Source: Gemmatimonadales bacterium (lineage in GTDB: Bacteria; Gemmatimonadota; Gemmatimonadetes; Gemmatimonadales; GWC2-71-9). Taken from it: 64,000 nucleotides of DNA. The stretch is taken from NCBI GenBank assembly GCA_036006525.1, contig DASYPP010000062.1, positions 10,958 through 74,957 on the forward strand, in the 5' to 3' direction. The notes below the pieces were generated by a model. It saw nothing but the letters and a program-made list of their open reading frames with translations, was not told the DNA's origin and made no database searches. The position numbers and the translations under genes are program-made. Positions 55,140 through 63,840 of the stretch are shown one piece after another; positions within the stretch are counted from its first letter, which is position 1; each line of letters begins with the position of its first letter.

Positions 55140-57615
55140 TCCGGTCGATCCGCGCGACCACGTCCTGAAGGTGCAGGCGGGTCGCCCGGTCAATGACCCG
55201 GGGCAACGCCGCCTGGGCCTCCCGCCGCACGTCCATCAGGTCTCCCCTCGCGAACGCCGGAATATCGGACTGGCTCATGTCCACATTGGTGACGGTCACG
55301 AACGCCTGGATGGCCGGCGGGATTGGCGGCAGCTCCTGGGTCATCAGGTACTCCATCCGCTCGATGTAGCCGCGCTGGAGATTGCGCCGATACTCGTCGA
55401 TGACCCGCCCATTCGGCAGCTCGGTCCAGATTGCCCGGTGCACGTCACCGAACAGGTCGGCCAGGGTATAGGCGCCGCGGCCCAGGGCCGCCTCTGATTC
55501 GATCAACCGCTGGAGCCGGCGGGGCTCCAGGACATTGTTGAGCACCGAGACCTGGCGGGCGCGGATCCGGTCCACGATCCCGGCATGCTCGATCCGGGAA
55601 AGGATGTCGCGGTCGATCATCCAGTCCGGGGTCTGGAAGGCCTGGGCCGACAGGAAGCCCATTGCCTGCTGCTGGCGGAGTTTGGGAATGCTGGTATACA
55701 CCGCTCCATCCTGGCCCTGCGCCTTCCGGGTCTGGTCCACTCCGCCGATGATCGTCGTCACGTGGCCCATGTACCGGCCCCACTGGATGATCACCTGGTT
55801 GTACAGCTCGGCGAGCTGGCTGTAGTCGTCTCCTTCCCGAAAACTCCAGCGCGGCAGCTCCACCATGATTCGCTTCAGGTTGGCGATGCCATAGGTGCTT
55901 GCCTTGACCCCGTCGTCGCCCAGGTCCTCGGTTTGTGACCCGGGATCGATGGAGCTGGGATCGCCGAAGCGGTACATCGGGTCCCCGGCGTGCTCCCGGA
56001 TCCACCCGTCCAGCGTGCTCCGCTCGGAGTCGGGAGAGACCTTGCCGATGATGGGCCGGTATCCCCACCGGATCGAGTAGAGATCGTAGACCCCGATGTT
56101 GGGAGTAAACGAGACGCCGCTGTCGCCCGGCTGCGCGATGTAGTTGAAACGGGCGTAATCCATGATCGACGGCGCGGTCCCCATCCGCCGGGTGAAGCCG
56201 GGCGAGCGAAGGGAATCCACCGGATAGGACGAGCTGGCCTTCATGTTGTGGGGCAGCCCGAGGGTATGTCCCACTTCGTGGGCCGCGACAAACCGGATCA
56301 GTTGCCCCATGACCGAGTCCTGGAACCGGATATTCCGGGCGTTGGGGTTCACGGCCGCTGTCTGGATGAGATACCAGTCCCGCAGCAGGTTCATCACGTT
56401 GTGGTACCACCCGATGTCGCTTTCGAGGATTTCGCCGGTCCGGGGATCGGAAACGTGGGGGCCGTAGGCGTTCTCGACATCCGAGGGGAAGTAACGGATC
56501 ACCGAATAGCGGACGTCCTCGGGGCTGAACTCGGGATCTTCCGCGGCGGTCGGCGGGTCCTTGGCCACGATGGCGTTCTTGAACCCGGCGGCCTCGAAGG
56601 CGCGGTTCCAGTCGTTGACTCCCTGCTTGATGTAGGGCCGCCACTTCATCGGGGTGGCCGGGTCGATGTAATACACGATCTGGTGCACCGGCTCGACCAG
56701 CTCGCCGCGGTTGAACGCCGCCGTATCCTTCGGTTCCAGGCGCCAGCGGGTGATGTATCGGCGCCGGTCGGCCCGCTGCTCGTCGCGGCCATAGTCGGTC
56801 TGCTCGATCCGGAAGAAGCCAACCCGCTCGTCGTAAAGCCGGGCCTGCATCGGGCGGTCGGGCAGCAGGATCATCGAGTGCGCCATCTCCAGCGAGATCG
56901 TCCCGGTCTCGGTGTTGGAGGGCGCCTTGGTCGCTTCGTAGGTCAGGACGGTACGGACTTCGATGTTGCGGGGATAGCTGTGGGCCGAGGAGAGGAACGA
57001 GCGGCCCTCGTCGAGGCGGCGGACTCCGTACGCCTCTCGCCGATCCTGGCTCAGGCCGACGACCGGGACGTCCTTGGTGAACAGGGCGGTCACGTCAATG
57101 ACGACGTTGCTGGAGTCCTGGTTGTACGCCAGGATCGGATAGGCCGCGACGATCGGCTCGAAGTTGGAATTGTGCACCGCGGTCGCGATGGGCAGGGAAT
57201 CGTCCGCGACGTTCACGTAGCTCACGGTGCGGACCAGGATGCGATCGCCCTGGCGCTGCCAGCGCACCACTTCCTCGTTCGCTTCCTCGCCGCCATAGCC
57301 GATGGCGGTGGCGGTCCGGGAGATCCGGCTCACCAGGAGCATCTCCCGGTTGAGCATGGCGGTGGGGATTTCGTACAGCAGGGAATCCCCGATCCGATGC
57401 ACGATGAACAGGCCGGAGTCGGTCTTGGCGCGGTCGGTCACCACATCTTTATAGGGCCGGATGCGGGGCTTGGCATGGGTAGTGTCGCGGCCGGAGGGTG
57501 CTGCGCCCGGCCCGGCGCCGGCGGGGGAAGCGGCCGTGGTCGGAGAAGAATGGGAGCAACCCGAGGCGAGCAGGCCGCCGGCCAGGAGCCAGGTGAAGAC
57601 AGACACCGGTTTCAT
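55120..57615 (-). CDS. zinc-dependent metalloprotease lipoprotein (DUF4953/DUF5117-type met-zincin)
   Basis: Lipobox LLASGC and HExxH in FVAAHEVGHTLGLPHN. 831 aa. The 3' end overlaps the kinase gene convergently by 20 nt. Confidence 0.88.
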   Translation of the reverse strand: MKPVSVFTWLLAGGLLASGCSHSSPTTAASPAGAGPGAAPSGRDTTHAKPRIRPYKDVVTDRAKTDSGLFIVHRIGDSLLYEIPTAMLNREMLLVSRISRTATAIGYGGEEANEEVVRWQRQGDRILVRTVSYVNVADDSLPIATAVHNSNFEPIVAAYPILAYNQDSSNVVIDVTALFTKDVPVVGLSQDRREAYGVRRLDEGRSFLSSAHSYPRNIEVRTVLTYEATKAPSNTETGTISLEMAHSMILLPDRPMQARLYDERVGFFRIEQTDYGRDEQRADRRRYITRWRLEPKDTAAFNRGELVEPVHQIVYYIDPATPMKWRPYIKQGVNDWNRAFEAAGFKNAIVAKDPPTAAEDPEFSPEDVRYSVIRYFPSDVENAYGPHVSDPRTGEILESDIGWYHNVMNLLRDWYLIQTAAVNPNARNIRFQDSVMGQLIRFVAAHEVGHTLGLPHNMKASSSYPVDSLRSPGFTRRMGTAPSIMDYARFNYIAQPGDSGVSFTPNIGVYDLYSIRWGYRPIIGKVSPDSERSTLDGWIREHAGDPMYRFGDPSSIDPGSQTEDLGDDGVKASTYGIANLKRIMVELPRWSFREGDDYSQLAELYNQVIIQWGRYMGHVTTIIGGVDQTRKAQGQDGAVYTSIPKLRQQQAMGFLSAQAFQTPDWMIDRDILSRIEHAGIVDRIRARQVSVLNNVLEPRRLQRLIESEAALGRGAYTLADLFGDVHRAIWTELPNGRVIDEYRRNLQRGYIERMEYLMTQELPPIPPAIQAFVTVTNVDMSQSDIPAFARGDLMDVRREAQAALPRVIDRATRLHLQDVVARIDRIMDSKR

Positions 57616-57719
57616 GTAAAGGCCTTTTGAGGAGTCGATGGGAGCTTGTGGGGGCTATATCTTAGTCCGGCCCCAATTGAGACGGAAGAGGCCCACCCGA
57701 TGGAGAAAGGACGCCACGC

Positions 57720-58988
57720 ATGAAGCGCCTCCCCCTGGTCCTGGCAGCGCTGTGGGTATGCATCTCGACGCCAGCCCCTGCCCAAGACTCGGTGACGGTC
57801 ATTCGGGCCGCCCGGATGCTCGATGTCGTCAGGGGCGTCATCGTCGCGAACCCGGTCGTCGCCGTGCAATCCGGGAGGATACTGTCGGTTGAATCGGGAC
57901 AGGCGCCGGCCGGTGCCCGGGTGATCGACCTGGGCGATGTGACCCTGTTGCCCGGCCTGATCGACATGCACGTGCACCTGACCGGCGATCTCTCGGGCGA
58001 CTGGGTGACGCGGGATGTGCGGGAAGGCCCAGCCGACGAAGCCCTTCGCGGTGCCCACAATGCCCGGCTCACCTTGCGCGCCGGATTCACCACGGTGCGA
58101 AACCTGGGCGCGGGCGGGTTCAGTGACGTGGCGCTCATGCACGCGATCGACCGGGGAGACGTCGAAGGGCCGCGGATCATTCCAGCCGGCCACGCCATTG
58201 GGATCACCGGCGGGCATTGCGACGTCACCGGGTATGCGCCGGGGATTCTGGAAGGCGGAATTGAGTCGGGGGTGGCGGATGGGGTGGACGCGGTCGTGCG
58301 AGCGGTACGCTACCAGATCAAGCACGGCGCCCAGGTCATCAAGATCTGCGCGACCGCCGGTGTCTTGTCATTCGAGGGCCCGGTTGGGGCGCAGCAACTC
58401 TCCGAGGAGGAGATGCGGGCCATCGTGGAGGAGGCCCATCGCCACGGGCTCCGGGTCGCGGCCCACGCCCATGGGACCGAGGGCATCCTCGCGGCCGTCC
58501 GGGCGGGAGTCAATTCCATCGAGCATGGGTCCATGTTGAGCGATGAAGCGATCGCCCTCATGAAAGCCCAGGGGACCTACCTGGTGCCCACGACCAGCCT
58601 CGCCGATCGCATTGATCTCAACAACCTCCCCCCTCCGATCCGGTCCAAGGCGGAGCGCCTGATCCCGCTCGCGAGGGAGAGCGTGAGCCGCGCCATCCGG
58701 GCCGGCGTCAAGATCGCGTTCGGCACCGACGCCGCGGTTATCCCCCATGGCACCAACGCAACCGAGTTTGCCGCGCTGGTCCGCCGGGGGATGAAGCCCG
58801 TCGACGCGATTCGCGCCGCCACGCTGTACGCGGCCGACCTGCTCGGCGTGGATGATCGTGGGGTGATCGCCCCGGGAAAACTGGCTGATTTGGTTGCGGT
58901 CCCGGGTAATCCGCTGGAGGATATCAGGGTGACGGAGCGAGTGAGCTGGGTGATGAAAGCTGGAGTTGAGTACTTGCCGAATCACTAG
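57720..58988 (+). CDS. amidohydrolase family protein (secreted; imidazolonepropionase/prolidase-like)
   Basis: Signal peptide (LVLAALWVCISTPAPAQ). Metal site HxH (LIDMHVHL), later AHAHG and SIEHG, and the final Asp context FGTDAAV. Confidence 0.88.
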   Translation: MKRLPLVLAALWVCISTPAPAQDSVTVIRAARMLDVVRGVIVANPVVAVQSGRILSVESGQAPAGARVIDLGDVTLLPGLIDMHVHLTGDLSGDWVTRDVREGPADEALRGAHNARLTLRAGFTTVRNLGAGGFSDVALMHAIDRGDVEGPRIIPAGHAIGITGGHCDVTGYAPGILEGGIESGVADGVDAVVRAVRYQIKHGAQVIKICATAGVLSFEGPVGAQQLSEEEMRAIVEEAHRHGLRVAAHAHGTEGILAAVRAGVNSIEHGSMLSDEAIALMKAQGTYLVPTTSLADRIDLNNLPPPIRSKAERLIPLARESVSRAIRAGVKIAFGTDAAVIPHGTNATEFAALVRRGMKPVDAIRAATLYAADLLGVDDRGVIAPGKLADLVAVPGNPLEDIRVTERVSWVMKAGVEYLPNH

Positions 58989-59023
58989 CGGGGTCGTTGA
59001 CAACTGCGCGGCTGCCGAGCTTT

Positions 59024-59169
59024 GCCACATCCAACGCGGAGACGCAGAGGCGCAGAGTATCGCAGAACAAATACTGTTTGTCTCTTCTGGTGTTCGGTTT
59101 CCTTGGCGTAAGGTCAGTAGACCAGCTCCGCGAATCTCGGCGCCTCCGCGGCTCTGCGTTGGATGTTGC
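59024..59169. repeat. GCAGAG-type hairpin element (same family as 19613-19733), ~57-nt loop, convergent gap
   Basis: Left arm gccacatccaacgcggagacgcagaggcgcagagtatcgcagaac. Right arm ctccgcgaatctcggcgcctccgcggctctgcgttggatgttgc. The terminal 14-mers pair 13/14. It ends 5 nt from TGA 59175-77. Confidence 0.85.
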
Positions 59170-59174
59170 AGTTC

Positions 59175-60851
59175 TCAATTGCTCGTCTGGTACCCGGGGC
59201 CGCGCACAAATCTCCCCGGCATGGCCCCGGTATGTTCTCCGTTCTTGAGGACCTGCACGCCGTTCACGAACACGTCCACCATACCGGTGGCGTACTGGTG
59301 AGGCTGCTCGAAGGTCGCGTGGTCCTGGATAGTGGCCGGGTCGAACACCACAACGTCCGCGAAGTTCCCCGGCACCAGGCTGCCGCGCCGCTGGATCCGG
59401 AGGTTGGACGCCGGCAGCGAAGTGAGCCGGCGGATTGCCTCCGGCAACGGCACCAGGTGCTCATCGCGCACGTACCTGGCCAGCAGCCGGGCGAAGTTCC
59501 CGTAAGTCCGGGGGTGCGGGTTGCTGTTGAGGAAGACGCCTTCGGTCGAGTTGGAGGCGCCATCCGACCCGAAACTCACCCAGGGTAGCTGCACTTGCTT
59601 CCGCACGTTGTCTTCCGACATCGTGAAAAAGACGCAATCGACCCGGCTGTCGTCCTGGATTACCAGGTCCATGGCTGTCTCTTCGGGTGAGGTGCCCCGC
59701 ATCGCCGCGACCTGGGCCAGCGTCCTCCCCGTGAGGTAACGCAGGCTGTCGGTCTTGAACCCGGCGAGCAGGATGCCGCCGGGCCCGCCGCTGTTGGCGA
59801 AGAAGTTGTCGTAGTCGCCGCCTTCGCCCCGCATCTCGCGGCCCAGCCGGACGCGAATCGCCGGGTCCTTGAGCCGTTCCACCCAGGCCCGGTGGCCGCC
59901 TTCCTGGACCCAGGTCGGCATCGTCGCATCGAGCCCCGTGCTGCTGGCGGGGTAGGTGTACATGTCGGCGGTGATCGCCAGCCCACGGGCCCGTGCCGCC
60001 TCCACCCGCGCGATGAGCGTGTCCATCTTGCCCCAGTTGGGCCGCCCCGAGGCCTTCACGTGATAGATCTCGGCGCGGATACCCGCCTCCCGCGCGATGG
60101 TCATCAATTCGTCCAGCGCTTCAAGCAGGTGGCGCCCTTCGTCCCGCATGTGGGAGATGTACATCCCGTTGTATTGCGCCGCGACCCGCGACATCGCGAT
60201 CAGCTCGTCGGTGCGGGCATAGTTGGCCGGCGCATAGATCAGCGAGGATCCGACACCCAGGGCGCCTTCTTCCATTGCCCGGCGCACCAGCGCCTCCATT
60301 CGAGTCAGCTCCGACGCCGTGGGCGGGCGGTTATCCCAGCCGATCACGTTCTCCCGGATCGTCGCCGCGCCGACGAAGGAGGCGACGTTGGTTGAGATCC
60401 CCCGGTGCTCCAGCCAGCTGAGGTACTCTCCCAGCGTGGTCCAGGACACGTCGTACTTGATGTCGCCCTGCTCGAGCGGCGCCAGCTTCTTCATCGAATC
60501 ACTGAGCGGGCCCATTGATTCGCCCTCGCCCATGACCTCGAGGGTCACTCCCTGCCGGATATCGCTTTGGGAACGCCCGTCCTGGATCAGCGACTCGTTG
60601 GCCCAGCTCAGCATGTTGATGAACCCGGGAGCCACGGCCAGGCCCCGGGCGTCCACCTCGGTCGTGCCTCGTCCACCGACTGCTCCGACCTGCACAATGC
60701 TATCTCCCCTGATCGCGATATCGCCGACAAACGGCGCGCCGCCCCGGCCATCGTAGATGGTGCCGTTCCTGATGACGATATCGAACTCGGCCCTTGGCAG
60801 TGAACCTAGGGCGAGGAAGGGCAAGAGCGATAGAAAAAGGAGTCGGCGCAT
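59175..60851 (-). CDS. N-acyl-D-amino-acid deacylase (D-aminoacylase)-family amidohydrolase, secreted
   Basis: Signal peptide and 558 aa with a D-aminoacylase-like layout (VIRNGTIYDG...; GMYISHMRDEG; SFGSDG). The usual N-terminal HxH and Cys metal ligands appear replaced (GFINMLSW; GEGESMGP), suggesting a divergent subfamily. Confidence 0.85.
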   Translation of the reverse strand: MRRLLFLSLLPFLALGSLPRAEFDIVIRNGTIYDGRGGAPFVGDIAIRGDSIVQVGAVGGRGTTEVDARGLAVAPGFINMLSWANESLIQDGRSQSDIRQGVTLEVMGEGESMGPLSDSMKKLAPLEQGDIKYDVSWTTLGEYLSWLEHRGISTNVASFVGAATIRENVIGWDNRPPTASELTRMEALVRRAMEEGALGVGSSLIYAPANYARTDELIAMSRVAAQYNGMYISHMRDEGRHLLEALDELMTIAREAGIRAEIYHVKASGRPNWGKMDTLIARVEAARARGLAITADMYTYPASSTGLDATMPTWVQEGGHRAWVERLKDPAIRVRLGREMRGEGGDYDNFFANSGGPGGILLAGFKTDSLRYLTGRTLAQVAAMRGTSPEETAMDLVIQDDSRVDCVFFTMSEDNVRKQVQLPWVSFGSDGASNSTEGVFLNSNPHPRTYGNFARLLARYVRDEHLVPLPEAIRRLTSLPASNLRIQRRGSLVPGNFADVVVFDPATIQDHATFEQPHQYATGMVDVFVNGVQVLKNGEHTGAMPGRFVRGPGYQTSN

Positions 60852-60900
60852 TATCAGCCTGTGCGTAGGGATCCAGTGCGATTGAATCTTTGGCGCGCTT

Positions 60901-60976
60901 CACCGCAGAGCCGCGGAGCGCGCAGAGGTTTCGCAGAGGACAAACTTACCGCCTTACCGCCGTACCGCCCTGCCGC
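60901..60976. repeat. chimeric double array: GCAGAG-type left arm followed by CTTACCGC 8-mers x4, no complementary arms
   Basis: caccgcagagccgcggagcgcgcagaggtttcgcagaggacaaa is homologous to the left arms at 19613 and 59024. It is followed by cttaccgc cttaccgc cgtaccgc cctgccgc, which abuts TAG 60977-79. Confidence 0.7.
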
Positions 60977-61717
60977 CTAGCTATGACACCATCCCTTGCC
61001 GCACACAATCCACAGCTGCCGCCCCTTCGCGTCGTCCCCGATCCACCAGGCATCCTTGCCGGGCGGGATTTCCGCGGGGGCGCGGGGAGAATAGGCGAGC
61101 AGGATTTGTCGCGGGGAGGCCAGGGCGGACGTCGTCCAGAGTTCGCCGGGCAGGGTGTTGCCCAGTGTGCCGCGGACCCAGAGAAAGTTGTCGCCGCTTC
61201 GCAAGCCCAGCGAGGCGAAGGGGACGTCGCTCCGCATCCGCGCCAGGATCCGACCCTGGGACAGGGCGAGAGAATCCAGGCGGCGGAGTCCGGCGAGTGG
61301 TTCCAGGTGGATCATGGGCTCGCGTCCGAAGGAGTCCGCGGGGAGCTGGAGATCCTGGCCCCGAGACGGATCGAACTGCATCTGGCGCGCATAGTCGAGG
61401 AAGTTTCCCATGGGAACTGCGCTGGGATTCTGGAACGTCGGTGCCGGGGCAGTAAAGACCTCCGGAGTCACCGGCACCGGCACCGGGCCCGGCAACCGAT
61501 TGTTGTCGTCACCGGTCACGATCGCCGACTCGGGAACACTGATGACTCCGCTGGAGTCGGCCTCGGCTGCCGCGATGGCACGGGCCTGCCCGGGCGGCTT
61601 CTCCCGCCGTTCGCTCCAGAGCCAGACCCCGGCGGCGCCGATCAGCACCAGGACAACGATCCATAAACCCGGGCCGGACCTGGCTCGTGCGAAGTAGAGG
61701 CCTTCAGGTGGAGTCAT
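60977..61717 (-). CDS. hypothetical membrane-anchored protein
   Basis: N-terminal TM (LWIVVLVLIGAAGVWLW), a Pro-rich linker and a ~150-aa C-terminal domain ending GKGWCHS. The ATG overlaps the upstream TGA (ATGA). No family recognised. Confidence 0.55.
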   Translation of the reverse strand: MTPPEGLYFARARSGPGLWIVVLVLIGAAGVWLWSERREKPPGQARAIAAAEADSSGVISVPESAIVTGDDNNRLPGPVPVPVTPEVFTAPAPTFQNPSAVPMGNFLDYARQMQFDPSRGQDLQLPADSFGREPMIHLEPLAGLRRLDSLALSQGRILARMRSDVPFASLGLRSGDNFLWVRGTLGNTLPGELWTTSALASPRQILLAYSPRAPAEIPPGKDAWWIGDDAKGRQLWIVCGKGWCHS

Positions 61718-62385
61718 ATGGCCTGAAAATCTAACGCCGCCCGAATCTCCGGCACCTCCATCACCCGGAGTCCATCGCTCGGTGCTTCCACCGCATACAC
61801 CAGCGCGCTCACCATTTGACGCCAGGTGACCAGCCCCAACCGGAGCGCGCCGGCGCGAGTGGGTGGCAGGAGCTTGAGGAGCCAGTACACCGGGACCATG
61901 GCGTAGGGCCAGCGATGCCCGGGGCCGAGGACGTACCAGGGTCGGATCATCGTCGCGGCCAGTCCGCTGCTTCGAATGATCTCCTCGGCCCGCATCCGGG
62001 CCGCCACGTACGCCCGCATAACCGGAGCGGGGTGGGCGACACTCACGTACACGAAGTTTCGAATCCCGGCCACGACCGCCGCCGGCACGGCGGCCTGCAC
62101 CGAGGCAAGGTCGATCCGGAGGAAGTCCTGGGCCTTGGCCGGCGAGGGATGGGAGACGCCCACCAGGTGGACGAAGGTGTCGGATGGCGGGACCTGGCCG
62201 GCGTAGCTGATACCGTGCAGCGCATCGCCGGTGACGGGCACCGCGCCAGCCGGGAGTTTCCGTTCCGAGCCCTGGCGGGCCAGCGCCCTGACCTGGTGAC
62301 CGCGCCGAAGCAGCGCTTTGATCAGCCGGGTGCCGATGTAGCCGGTGCCGCCGGCTATGAAGACGTTACGCGGGGAGCTTCCCAT
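61714..62385 (-). CDS. NAD(P)H-binding protein (atypical SDR/NmrA-like)
   Basis: Rossmann motif VFIAGGTGYIGTRLIKALLRRGHQVRALAR. 223 aa. Confidence 0.8.
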   Translation of the reverse strand: MGSSPRNVFIAGGTGYIGTRLIKALLRRGHQVRALARQGSERKLPAGAVPVTGDALHGISYAGQVPPSDTFVHLVGVSHPSPAKAQDFLRIDLASVQAAVPAAVVAGIRNFVYVSVAHPAPVMRAYVAARMRAEEIIRSSGLAATMIRPWYVLGPGHRWPYAMVPVYWLLKLLPPTRAGALRLGLVTWRQMVSALVYAVEAPSDGLRVMEVPEIRAALDFQAI

Positions 62386-63388
62386 ACCGCACCATGGTCA
62401 TCTCCGCGAGAATGGCGAGTGCGATTTCGGCCGGTTCCCGGCCGCCCAGGTCGAGTCCTATCGGTCCGTGCAGCCGGGCCAGGTCCGGGGGGCCAAACCC
62501 CGCCGCAATGAGCCGGTCGCGGCGGGCGGCCTGGGTCTTCCGGGATCCGATAGCGCCGATATACGCCGCCTTCGACCGGAGCGCCAGATCGAGCGCCGGC
62601 TCATCGAACTTGGGATCGTGAGAAAGTACGCAGACATAGGTGGCGGCATCCACGCCGACCCGGGGGAACACCTGGTCGGGCCAGTCCTGGATCAGCTCGT
62701 CGGCGTCGGGGAAACGCTGGCGATTGAGGAACTCCTCCCGGCCGTCGGCCACGATGGTGTAGTAGCCCAGCTGCTTCGCGATCGGGACCAGCGCCGCGGC
62801 GACCTGGACGGCGCCCACGATAAGGAGCCGGGGCCGGCGAGGAAACACTTCGAGGAAGTACGAGGTGCGCTGCGCTTCCTTGCCAATGACGACGACCTGG
62901 CTGATGCGGTCTCGCAGCGCTCCCTGGGCTGCAGCTCGAAGGTCCGAGTCGGGTTCTCCCGGTCCGGCCTCCCCGCCGTCTTCCTTGAACAGCCACGCAA
63001 GGCCGATCGGCTGGACACCTGCGACGACGGTAGCGACGACCGCTGACTCGGGGTCGTCGAGCACGCCCCGCACCATGCTCGTCACCCTGGGTTCGATCAG
63101 CACCTCGATGGTGCCGCCGCAGGCCAGGCCGACGCTCCACGCCATTTCATCGCTGACGCCGTAGCGCCGGACTCGCGACTCGCCGGCCTTTATCGCCTCC
63201 ATCACTTCACCGGCCACCGCGGTCTCCACGCACCCGCCGGACACGGAGCCCGCCATGGCGCCATCCTCCCGCACCAGCAGTGTGGCGCCGGGCTGGCGGG
63301 GGGCCGACCCGCTGAGGCCGATGACCACCGCCCTCCCGATTTTCCCTCCGGTTCCCAGCGCCTGGAGCGCGGTCACCAGGTCCCGCAT
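62366..63388 (-). CDS. XdhC/CoxI family molybdoenzyme accessory protein
   Basis: ATG 63388 overlaps the coxG-like stop (TGATG). N-domain (SAPRQPGATLLVREDGAMAGSVSGGCVE) and a Rossmann-like C-domain (LLIVGAVQVAAALVPIAKQLGY). Confidence 0.85.
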   Translation of the reverse strand: MRDLVTALQALGTGGKIGRAVVIGLSGSAPRQPGATLLVREDGAMAGSVSGGCVETAVAGEVMEAIKAGESRVRRYGVSDEMAWSVGLACGGTIEVLIEPRVTSMVRGVLDDPESAVVATVVAGVQPIGLAWLFKEDGGEAGPGEPDSDLRAAAQGALRDRISQVVVIGKEAQRTSYFLEVFPRRPRLLIVGAVQVAAALVPIAKQLGYYTIVADGREEFLNRQRFPDADELIQDWPDQVFPRVGVDAATYVCVLSHDPKFDEPALDLALRSKAAYIGAIGSRKTQAARRDRLIAAGFGPPDLARLHGPIGLDLGGREPAEIALAILAEMTMVRYGKLPA

Positions 63389-63840
63389 CAGGCGGCGGCC
63401 TCGGTTGCCGCGACGAAGCGCTGCCAAAAGCGCTCGGTCAGGTCCCGGGCCAGGACCTCAAGCCGCTTGCCCGCGATACGGGCGAGAAATCCGCTGATGT
63501 CGGTGGTCGCGTTCCAATTGAGCTGAGTGTGGCCGTCGGCGAGAGGTTCCAGGTGCACCCGGGAGTCGACCTGGATGGAAGAGGCCGTCGCCTTGCCCCG
63601 GGCTTTCATCTTGAATTCCTGCTCGGGGACCAGGTCGTGCAGCTCGACGTGCATGGTGAAATCCACTTTGAACGAGCCCAGCTTGATGCCGGTGATGACC
63701 TGGAAGTGGTTGGGATCCTGGACCACGACGCGCTGGACTCCGGGGCCGGAGGCCCCGACCACCTGGGGGTCGGTAAGCCGTTGCCACACGGTGGAAATCG
63801 GTGCCCTGGTTTCGGCGGTTCCGCTGAAAGAAAAATTCAT
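63388..63840 (-). CDS. SRPBCC family protein, CoxG-like (carbon monoxide dehydrogenase subunit G family)
   Basis: ATG 63840 (MNFSFSGTAETRAPISTVWQRLTDP). About 150 aa in a START/Bet-v1-like pattern typical of CoxG. Confidence 0.8.
   Translation of the reverse strand: MNFSFSGTAETRAPISTVWQRLTDPQVVGASGPGVQRVVVQDPNHFQVITGIKLGSFKVDFTMHVELHDLVPEQEFKMKARGKATASSIQVDSRVHLEPLADGHTQLNWNATTDISGFLARIAGKRLEVLARDLTERFWQRFVAATEAAA

Noticed and set aside
53007-55193. 728-aa minus-strand ORF. Similar long shadow ORFs occur at 35430..37349, 14698..16062, 23701..25455, 55990..57630, 1123..2496 and 13493..14662.
   Set aside because: All are antisense to genes with strong family signatures (kinase, anti-sigma/DUF4097, ctaD, ABC permease, metalloprotease, DUF4175-like, ctaC). 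They show the same low-complexity composition, which is a high-G+C artefact.
9287-60976. REP/RAYT or MITE interpretation of the hairpin elements
   Set aside because: No RAYT/IS200-like or other transposase gene is in the window. I see no conserved GTAG-palindrome shared by all loci and no obvious target-site duplications. Most loci have unique unit sequences. This is not fully excluded for families A-C, which are reported as findings instead.
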